The translations under genes were made by a program, and so were the position numbers. This document shows, one piece after another, positions 46,972-54,047 of a stretch of 64,000 nt of DNA; position 1 is the first letter of the stretch, and every line of letters starts with the position of its first letter. Location of the stretch: assembly GCA_036380355.1 (NCBI GenBank), contig DASVEW010000032.1, positions 23 through 64,022 of the forward strand, read 5' to 3'. The notes beneath the pieces are model-generated. The model was not told the DNA's origin. It did not search any database and saw only the letters and a list, made by a program, of their open reading frames with translations. This stretch comes from Gaiellaceae bacterium. Lineage in GTDB: Bacteria > Actinomycetota > Thermoleophilia > Gaiellales > Gaiellaceae.

Positions 46972-48264
46972 ATGCAGAAGTACGTCCTCTCCGAGCTCGA
47001 TTCCGGCCAGCGGGTCGTCACCGAGCGGTTGACGCACGTTCGTTCGGTCGCGCTCGGGTTCTGGATCGGCGCAGGCTCGCGCGACGAGCGGGACGAGCGG
47101 GCGGGCGTCTCCCACTTCATCGAGCACCTGCTCTTCAAGGGCACCGAGCGGTACACCGCGCAGGAGATCGCCGAGGTCTTCGACGCCATGGGCGGCGAGC
47201 TCAACGCGGCCACTTCCCGGGAGCACACGGTCGTCTACGCCCGGGTCGCCGACCACCACCTCGACGAGGCGATCGACGTCATGAGCGACATGGTCTACGC
47301 GCCGCTCTTCGCCGAGGTGGACTCGGAGCGCGAGGTCGTCCTCGAGGAGATCGCGATGTACGAGGACCAGCCGCAGGAGCTCGTCCACGACCTGATCGCC
47401 GAAGCCGTCTTCGGGCACCATCCGCTCGGCCGGCCGGTGATCGGGACGGCCGAGGTGATCTCCTCGATCTCGCGCCGCGCGATCACGGCGTACCACCGCT
47501 CGATGTACGTCCCCGGCAACGTCGTGGTCGCGGCAGCGGGGAGCCTCGACCACAACGCGCTGCTCGGCCTTCTCGAGCGCGCGGAGGAGAAGGTGGGGGA
47601 CAGCCCCGCGCGCGGGAGGCGCGTCCGCGCGCCGCTCGTGAAGCCGCCGCCACCCGACCTGCGGTTCATGCGCAAGGACACGGAGCAGTACCACCTCTGC
47701 CTGGGCGCGCCGGGCATCGCGCGCTCCGACAGGCGGCGCTTCGCCGCCTCGCTGCTGGACGCGATCCTCGGCGGCTCCGCCTCCTCGCGGCTCTTCCAGG
47801 AGATCCGCGAGAAGCGGGGGATGGCCTACGCGGTCTACACCTTCGCCTCGCAGTACACGGACACCGGCCAGGTCGGGCTCTACGTCGGCACGCGCGAGGA
47901 GAACCTCGGCCCGTGCCTGGAGATCGCGGCCGAGCAGATCGCGGACGTCGCAGCCGGCAACCTGCGGCCGAACGAGCTGGAGCGCGCGAAGGAGAACCTC
48001 AAGGGGCGGATCCTGCTCTCGATGGAGGCGACGTCGAGCCGGATGAGCCGCCTCGGCAAGTCGCTCATCACCGACACCGAGATGCTCTCGCTCGACCGGA
48101 TCATCGCGGAGATCGACGCCGTGGAGCCCGAGAGCCTCGCCGAGCTGGCCGGGGTGCTGCTGGCACCGGAGCGGCTGTCCGCGGCGGCGATCGGGCCGAG
48201 CGAGGATCGCTTCCTCGCCGCCGTCGAGCGGGTGAACCCGTCGCTCGCGGCCGCGGCGGCGTGA
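46972..48264 (+). CDS. M16-family zinc peptidase (PepR-like)
   Basis: Inverted zinc motif HFIEHLLFKGT. 430 aa. Conserved position after pnp. Confidence 0.85.
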   Translation: MQKYVLSELDSGQRVVTERLTHVRSVALGFWIGAGSRDERDERAGVSHFIEHLLFKGTERYTAQEIAEVFDAMGGELNAATSREHTVVYARVADHHLDEAIDVMSDMVYAPLFAEVDSEREVVLEEIAMYEDQPQELVHDLIAEAVFGHHPLGRPVIGTAEVISSISRRAITAYHRSMYVPGNVVVAAAGSLDHNALLGLLERAEEKVGDSPARGRRVRAPLVKPPPPDLRFMRKDTEQYHLCLGAPGIARSDRRRFAASLLDAILGGSASSRLFQEIREKRGMAYAVYTFASQYTDTGQVGLYVGTREENLGPCLEIAAEQIADVAAGNLRPNELERAKENLKGRILLSMEATSSRMSRLGKSLITDTEMLSLDRIIAEIDAVEPESLAELAGVLLAPERLSAAAIGPSEDRFLAAVERVNPSLAAAAA

Positions 48265-48866
48265 GGATCGTCCTCAACGGCCGCGGCGGGAAGGTCGGCT
48301 CGGTGCTCGGGCCGGCGCTCGAGGCGGCCGGTCACGAGCTCGTGGAGCTGGACGACGCCGAGGCGATGGTGGACTTCACGGCCCCGGAGGCAGTGGAGGC
48401 GAACGTCCGGGCCGCAATCGAGTGCGGAATCCCGTGCGTGGTAGGAACGAGCGGCTGGGCGGCGGAGGGAGTCGACCAGGCGGCCCGAGAGCAGGGCGTC
48501 GCCGTCCTGTACGCGCCGAACTTCGCGCTCGGCGCGGTGCTGATGATGCGCTTCGCCGAGCAGGCCGCCCGCTACCTGCCGCGGGCCGAGATCGTCGAGC
48601 TGCACGGGGAGGCGAAGAAAGACGCGCCGTCCGGCACGGCCAGGGCTACGGCCGAGCTCGTCGGAGGAGCCGAGATCCACTCAGTGCGCCTCCCGGGCCT
48701 CGTCGCCCACCAGGAGGTGCTGTTCGGCGCCGACGGGCAGCTGCTCACGATCCGGCACGACGCCTTCAACCGGGAGGCGTACATCCCCGGCGTCCTGCTC
48801 GCGCTCGATCGTGTCGCAGACCTCCCTCCGGGCGTTACCGTGGGTCTCGAGACCCTCCTTGACTGA
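48261..48866 (+). CDS. dapB: 4-hydroxy-tetrahydrodipicolinate reductase (short form)
   Basis: GTGA overlap with the upstream gene. Contains VVGTSGW, APNFALGAVL and EIVELHGEAKKDAPSGTA. Confidence 0.85.
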   Translation: MRIVLNGRGGKVGSVLGPALEAAGHELVELDDAEAMVDFTAPEAVEANVRAAIECGIPCVVGTSGWAAEGVDQAAREQGVAVLYAPNFALGAVLMMRFAEQAARYLPRAEIVELHGEAKKDAPSGTARATAELVGGAEIHSVRLPGLVAHQEVLFGADGQLLTIRHDAFNREAYIPGVLLALDRVADLPPGVTVGLETLLD

Positions 48867-49254
48867 GCTCGCCCGCGGAAAGCAGCGCTGCTACCTCGTC
48901 TACGCCGTCGCGCCGGACGGTGTGACGGCCAGGCAGGCCAACGAGCTCCTGAACGAGTACGTCGAGGACCGCCGACGCGGCTTCGTCATCTTCCACGACC
49001 ACTTCACGGGCAAGCCGCACGGCGGCATCGCCGTCTTCGACGTCCGCGACGAGGAGGCGTTCGGACTGCTGGAGGACCCGGGGCCGCTCGCCGGCTGGGA
49101 TCTCCGGGTGCATTCGTTCACCTTCTCACTCGCCGCGACCGGGTTCGCTGCCCAGATGGCGCTCACGGCCGAGGCCTACGGCGGCAAGAAGCTCGAGGAG
49201 CTGCGTGCGGAGGAGGCGGAGGACGAGCGCTTCTGGTGGCTCCGGCGTGATTGA
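48859..49254 (+). CDS. hypothetical protein
   Basis: In-frame TTG 48859 overlaps the dapB end. About 131 aa. No family recognised. The stop overlaps the next gene's start (GTGATTGA). Confidence 0.45.
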   Translation: MTELARGKQRCYLVYAVAPDGVTARQANELLNEYVEDRRRGFVIFHDHFTGKPHGGIAVFDVRDEEAFGLLEDPGPLAGWDLRVHSFTFSLAATGFAAQMALTAEAYGGKKLEELRAEEAEDERFWWLRRD

Positions 49255-49762
49255 GCTGTCCGTCATGGAGGGGGACATCACGACGCTCGAGGTCGACGCG
49301 ATCGCCAACGCGGCGAACGACGCGCTCTGGATGGGAGCCGGCGTCGCCGGCGCCATCAAGCGGGCCGGGGGAGAGGAGATCGAGCGCGAGGCGGTCGCCA
49401 AGGGGCCGATCGAGATCGGCGAGGCGGTCGCCACGGGCGCCGGGCGACTGGCTGCGAAGTGGGTCGTCCACGGTGCGGTGATGGGACAGGATCTCCGCAC
49501 CGACGCGGACCTCGTCCGCCGGACGACGGAGAGCTGCCTCCGCGTCGCGGACGAGCTCGGCGCCGAATCCGTGGCCCTACCGGCGTTCGGCACCGGCGTC
49601 GGCGGGTTCCCGCTCGACGAGTGCGCCCGGATCATGGTCGAGGCAGCGCGCGCCCACCGTCCGGCGTCGCTGAAACGGGTCGTCTTCGCCGTCTTCGGCG
49701 CCGAGCCGAAGCGCGCCTTCGATCGGGCGCTGGCGGGAGCGCCAGGCGAGCCCGGAGAGTAA
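49247..49762 (+). CDS. macro-domain protein (ADP-ribose/O-acetyl-ADP-ribose hydrolase type)
   Basis: Contains GDITTLEVDAIANAAN, GAGVAGAI and PAFGTGVGGFP. Confidence 0.85.
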   Translation: MIELSVMEGDITTLEVDAIANAANDALWMGAGVAGAIKRAGGEEIEREAVAKGPIEIGEAVATGAGRLAAKWVVHGAVMGQDLRTDADLVRRTTESCLRVADELGAESVALPAFGTGVGGFPLDECARIMVEAARAHRPASLKRVVFAVFGAEPKRAFDRALAGAPGEPGE

Positions 49763-49780
49763 GCAACACTGTGTTACTTA
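49760..49780. promoter_or_regulatory. 21-bp palindromic operator-like site TAAGCAACAC-T-GTGTTACTTA
   Basis: Read directly, one mismatch from a perfect palindrome. Overlaps the TAA stop of the macro-domain gene. Confidence 0.55.
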
Positions 49781-49815
49781 CCGCCCGAGGCCGCGGCTGG
49801 ACGGCGATTCCCGGC

Positions 49816-49836
49816 CTTGTAACACAGTGTTACTTG
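49816..49836. promoter_or_regulatory. 21-bp palindromic operator-like site CTTGTAACAC-A-GTGTTACTTG overlapping the predicted -35 of the MerB-like gene
   Basis: The core GTAACAC-A-GTGTTAC is a perfect palindrome. A -10-like TAAGGT (49855-60) lies 6 nt before GTG 49867, which suggests a leaderless transcript. Confidence 0.55.
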
Positions 49837-49866
49837 GCCTTCGGGCGCCCTGGGTAAGGTCGCACC

Positions 49867-50530
49867 GTGGAGCTCGACAACCGCGTCCGCCTCGCGCTCT
49901 ACAAGCGCTTCGTCGAGGACGGCGAGCCGCCGACCGCCGCCGACGTGGCAGCCGAGCTCGGGATCCCGGCCGGGGACGCCGAGGCGGCCTACCAGCGGCT
50001 GCACGAGGCGCACGTGATCGTCCTCATGCCGGGCACGAAGCAGGTGTGGATGGCGAACCCGCTCTCCGCGGTCCCGACCGCCTTCCGGGTGGAGACGCCG
50101 GGCGGCTACCACTACGGGAACTGCATCTGGGACGGTCTCGGAGTCGTCTCGATGCTGGGCGGCGACGGGACCGTCGAGACGCGCTGCCCGGATTGCGAGG
50201 AGCCGATGACGCTCCGGGTCGAGCACGGCGGGCTCCTCGACGGCGACGGGCTCGCGCACTTCGTGGTCCCGGCGGCCCGCTGGTGGGACAACGTCGGCTT
50301 CACCTGAGCGACGATGCTCGCCTTCCGGTCGGAAGCGCACGTCGACCGCTGGTGTGAGCAAACGGGCCTCGAGCGCGGCGCGGCCTTCCCGCTCGAGACG
50401 GCCTGGCGGCTCGCCGACGCCCTGGTACCGCGACCGCCTGAGCCCGGACTGGCGGCGCCGCACCCCAGCGGAGGCCGAGACGGTCTTCCGGGACCTCGGC
50501 CTGACCGGAGCGTTCTGGAAGCTGGCGTGA
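49867..50530 (+). CDS. MerB-like (alkylmercury lyase family) protein with N-terminal wHTH. Contains an in-frame TGA (50305-07, possible Sec) and a 1-nt frameshift near 50420
   Basis: 49867..50307 and 50314.. are in one frame. GNCIWD matches MerB's Cys96/Asp99 motif. The TGA aligns with the second catalytic Cys. A family-typical C-terminus (WYRDRLSPDWRRRTPAEAETVFRDLGLTGAFWKLA) runs in the next frame from 50423 to stop 50528-30. Confidence 0.65.
50319..50337 (+). other. SECIS-like hairpin downstream of the in-frame TGA
   Basis: CG / bulged C / CUUCC - GGUC - GGAAG / CG. The bulge is 17 nt and the loop 23-26 nt from the U of UGA. Confidence 0.55.
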
Positions 50531-50535
50531 GCTCC

Positions 50536-50565
50536 GCCGATCATGAGAAGAGTCTCATGATCGGC
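50536..50565 (+). terminator. perfect 13-bp hairpin right after the frame-corrected MerB-like stop
   Basis: GCCGATCATGAGA-AGAG-TCTCATGATCGGC, followed by TT. Weak U tract. Confidence 0.5.
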
Positions 50566-50660
50566 TTACCGAGGTCTCACTGGTGTCTTAACGCTCCCTC
50601 ATCGCGGCCGGGAAGGCTTGTGGGAGGAGGAACTGCGACAACGAAACCGGGGGAGAAACG

Positions 50661-51221
50661 ATGCAGAGGTTGAGAATCGGTCTGATCGGAGTGATCGCGC
50701 TCCTTGCGGCCATGGTGCCGCAGGCGGCGTACGGCGAGGAGCGGTCGTGCCGAGGGACGCTCGGCGCGATCACAGTCGACAACCTGCGCGTGCCGAAGGG
50801 GAAGACGTGCACGCTCCGAGGCACACGCGCCAAGGGGACGATCAAGGTGGAACGGGGCGCCACGCTCGTCGCGACGGGAATCAGGGTCGTCGGGAACATC
50901 CAGGCGGAGAACCACAAGAACGTCGTCGTGAACGGCGCGTCCCGCGTCGGCGGCAGCATCCAGATCAAGCAGGGCGGCGGCGCGAGCGTCAGGAACACCC
51001 GCGTCACGGGTGACATCCAGTACGACCACAACCGCAAGCCGCTCGTCGCTGCGGGCAACCGCGTGAACGGCAGCATTCAGGTCGTCGGAAACCGGGGCGG
51101 CGCGTTGATCCGCAACAACGTCGTCAACGGCAACCTCGACTGCAAGGAGAACAGGCCGCGGCCGACCGGCGGAGGCAACCGCGTCGGGGGGAGCAAGACC
51201 GACCAGTGCGAGCGCCTCTGA
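50661..51221 (+). CDS. secreted beta-solenoid-like repeat protein
   Basis: Signal peptide (ALLAAMVPQAAYG). Five to six units of about 19-20 aa of type N-x-V-x-G-x-IQ. Cysteines near both ends. Confidence 0.65.
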   Translation: MQRLRIGLIGVIALLAAMVPQAAYGEERSCRGTLGAITVDNLRVPKGKTCTLRGTRAKGTIKVERGATLVATGIRVVGNIQAENHKNVVVNGASRVGGSIQIKQGGGASVRNTRVTGDIQYDHNRKPLVAAGNRVNGSIQVVGNRGGALIRNNVVNGNLDCKENRPRPTGGGNRVGGSKTDQCERL

Positions 51222-51267
51222 CGCGCTGACGAAGGAAGGAGCGGGCTCTCGGAGTAAGATCCTCCAG

Positions 51268-52152
51268 GTGCTCGGCGAGGTCCTCACCGCGAGCGTCACG
51301 CCCTTCGACGCGAACGGCGCCGTCAACCTGGCGAGGTTCCGAGAGCTCGCGGCCTTCCTGGTCGACAACGGGTCGGACGGGCTCGTTGTCACCGGGTCGA
51401 CGGGCGAGTCGGCGACGCTGACCGACGACGAGCGGTTCGCTCTGTACTCCACGGCGGTCGACACGGTGGGCGAGCGGGCTACGGTCGTCGCCGGGACCGG
51501 CACGTACGACACGCGCCACTCCGTCCACCTGACGGCGAAGGCGCACGAGCTCGGCGTCGACGGCTTCCTGATCGTCACGCCGTACTACAACAAGCCGCCG
51601 CCGCGGGGGATCGTCGAGCACGTGAAGGCGATCGCGTCCGTCACGGACAAGCCGATCGTCTACTACAACATCCCCGCCCGGGTCGTGAACCTCGTCACCG
51701 TCGAAACCCTGACCGAGCTGGCCGAGATCCCCAACGTCGTCGCCGTGAAGCAGGCCTGGGACGACCTGGCGGACGCCCGGCGGATCGTGGACGAGACGGG
51801 CCTCGCGCTCTACGCGGGCGACGACAACCTGCTGCTCCCGTTCCTCGAGCTGGGCGGGACCGGCGGCGTCTGCGTCCACACCCACGTCGCCGGTCCGCAG
51901 GTGCAGGAGCAGGTGCGGGCGTTCCGCGCCGGAGACGTCGAACGGGCCCGGCAGATCGACGAGGAGCTCGCGCCGGTCTACGAGATCCTCAAGGTCACCG
52001 TCGGCCCGATCGGGATCAAGGCGGCGCTGAACCTCCTCGGGCACGACGTCGGAGGGCTCCGCCTCCCGCTGGTCGAGACCACGGACGAGGAGAAGGCGAC
52101 GATCCGGGGTTGCCTCGAGCGCCTCGGGGCGCTCCAGGCCGTTCCTACGTAA
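51268..52152 (+). CDS. dapA: 4-hydroxy-tetrahydrodipicolinate synthase
   Basis: Contains VTPFD, GSTGESATLTDDER and YYNKP. GTG start. Confidence 0.95.
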   Translation: MLGEVLTASVTPFDANGAVNLARFRELAAFLVDNGSDGLVVTGSTGESATLTDDERFALYSTAVDTVGERATVVAGTGTYDTRHSVHLTAKAHELGVDGFLIVTPYYNKPPPRGIVEHVKAIASVTDKPIVYYNIPARVVNLVTVETLTELAEIPNVVAVKQAWDDLADARRIVDETGLALYAGDDNLLLPFLELGGTGGVCVHTHVAGPQVQEQVRAFRAGDVERARQIDEELAPVYEILKVTVGPIGIKAALNLLGHDVGGLRLPLVETTDEEKATIRGCLERLGALQAVPT

Positions 52153-53971
52153 CCGCGGCGAGGCGGCGCTCGCCGATCATCGCCGTCCGCGGGGCGTCGG
52201 CGAGAGCCAGGCCGAGGCGATCGAGCGACGAGCGTGCGGCGGCGAGGACGTGCGCAGGAGGGTGGCCGGCTCCACCCAGGACGAGGAACCCCACGAGCGC
52301 GCTGTTCTCGCGCCGGAGCGGGAGCGCGAGGCAGACACCGTCCCGACCCAGCTGCGATCCGTCGTCCACGATCAGGTCGGGCGCCGACTCCGCCTCCCGC
52401 AGGAGCCAGCTCGTGAGCTGCGGATCGGGGATCCGGCTCGCGCCTCGCTGAAGCTCGAGCGTGCCGCCCATGCCGTCCTCCCGCCAGGCGACGAGCAGCG
52501 CGTAATCCAGGGGCCAGGAAGCCTCGACGGCGTCGGCGACGCGGCCGAACATCACCCCGCGGTCTCCGTCGGCAATTGCGCGCTCGAGCGACGCCGAGAG
52601 GCGATGGGCGCCCACGCGACCCGCGAGCCACACAGCGCCGCCGGCCGCTGCCGTCACGGCACCGGCGACGGCAAGCTCCGGCAGCCCGATTCCGAGGCCG
52701 ACGAGCCCGGTCGTCATCCCGACGGCGACGAGCAGCTCGGGGCGGCGTCGTGTAGGGCCCCCCGGAGCTCGCGTCGCGGACGGAACCGACGAGTCGCGGA
52801 TCGCCGCAAGCTCCTCCTCTGTGAGGACGTCTTCGGGCGCGAGCCCGCGCTGCACGGACACGAACGCCTTCGCGACGGCGGGGTGGAACTGCGTGCCCGC
52901 GTTGGCCTCGATCTCCGCGAGCGCCTCGCCGCGGGACATCGACGCCCTGAACGGACGCTCCGAGATCATCGCGTCGAAGGCGTCGGCCACGATGAGGAAG
53001 TGGGCGGCGAGGGGGATGTCGGCGCCCTGGGCTCCGTAGTAGCCCTTCCCGTCGAAGCGCTCGCGGTGGTACTCGACCGCCTTCGCCTGCTGCGCCGCGA
53101 AGCGGAATCGCTGGAGGAGGCGCGCGGAGAGCCTCGGCGCGCGCGCTACGGCCGCCCACTCGCTCGGGTTGAGGAGGCCGGGCTTGGTGAGCACGGAGAC
53201 GTCCACGGCCACCTTGCCGAGATCGTGGAGGCGGCCGGCCCACCACAGGCGGCGGACGTCGGCCTGCGGGAGACGGAGCGCTTCCGCGAGCTCGCGGACG
53301 CTCTCGGCCACACGCTGCGAGTGACCCTGGGTCGAGCGGTCCCGCTCGTCGACGATGTTCGCAAAGGTCTCGAGCGCGGCCGTGACCTCTCGGCGAAGGC
53401 CGATGAGACGCCACTGAATCCGCTCGAGCAGGATGAGCACGGGGAGGAGGAGCGCCGCGTACCAGAGGTTCGAGTCGGCCGCGACGGCGAGCGCCGCGCC
53501 CAGCGAGACCTCGGCCCCCGCGGTGAGGAGATCCGTCTCGATCACCGTGGCCCGGGCGGCGAGACGATCGACGAGCGTCTTGACCGTCGAGAAGACGATC
53601 CCGAGGACGACGAGGCCCAGCAGATCGTCCGGCAGGACGACCGATCCGGTGGACGAGCCGGCGAGCGCGTACGCGAAACCGCCCGCGAAGCCGGCCGCGC
53701 CGAGCGACGTCGCACGCACCGTGCTCTCGCGCCAGGAATCGCCGGCAAGGCGCCGGACGGCCAGACTGCCGGGCAGGGCGACGAGCAGCGCCGGCCACGG
53801 GCCGAGGACGAGCGCGGCGGCGGCGACGAGCGGCGCGGTAATCGAGAAGCGGTCGGGCGAGGCGTCGTCGGCGCCGAGGTCGTCGTCCCGGCGATGCAGG
53901 AGCTCGGCGGCGATCACCGCCGCCGCGACCAGCGCGACAGATCCGAGCGACACCGCAGGCAGCACGGACAT
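52145..53971 (-). CDS. multi-TM membrane protein with an HD-GYP-like domain (degenerate GYP) and a C-terminal GAF-like region
   Basis: Contains HSQRVA and LHDLGKVAV. YHRERFDGKGYYG stands in place of HHERxDGxGYP. About 7 N-terminal hydrophobic segments. Confidence 0.75.
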   Translation of the reverse strand: MSVLPAVSLGSVALVAAAVIAAELLHRRDDDLGADDASPDRFSITAPLVAAAALVLGPWPALLVALPGSLAVRRLAGDSWRESTVRATSLGAAGFAGGFAYALAGSSTGSVVLPDDLLGLVVLGIVFSTVKTLVDRLAARATVIETDLLTAGAEVSLGAALAVAADSNLWYAALLLPVLILLERIQWRLIGLRREVTAALETFANIVDERDRSTQGHSQRVAESVRELAEALRLPQADVRRLWWAGRLHDLGKVAVDVSVLTKPGLLNPSEWAAVARAPRLSARLLQRFRFAAQQAKAVEYHRERFDGKGYYGAQGADIPLAAHFLIVADAFDAMISERPFRASMSRGEALAEIEANAGTQFHPAVAKAFVSVQRGLAPEDVLTEEELAAIRDSSVPSATRAPGGPTRRRPELLVAVGMTTGLVGLGIGLPELAVAGAVTAAAGGAVWLAGRVGAHRLSASLERAIADGDRGVMFGRVADAVEASWPLDYALLVAWREDGMGGTLELQRGASRIPDPQLTSWLLREAESAPDLIVDDGSQLGRDGVCLALPLRRENSALVGFLVLGGAGHPPAHVLAAARSSLDRLGLALADAPRTAMIGERRLAAVT

Positions 53972-54047
53972 ATCGGAATGGATCGGCGTCCAGGCCGCAT
54001 CCCTTGAACGGGGGAGCGGCGGCGGGGCAGGCCGTTAGAGTGCGCCC

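Noticed and set aside
50314-50673. ORF 50314..50673 as an independent 119-aa gene
   Set aside because: It is in frame with, and continues the family homology of, the upstream MerB-like ORF. Its second half is Pro/Gly-rich nonsense that overruns the next gene. The family-typical C-terminus is in the adjacent frame.
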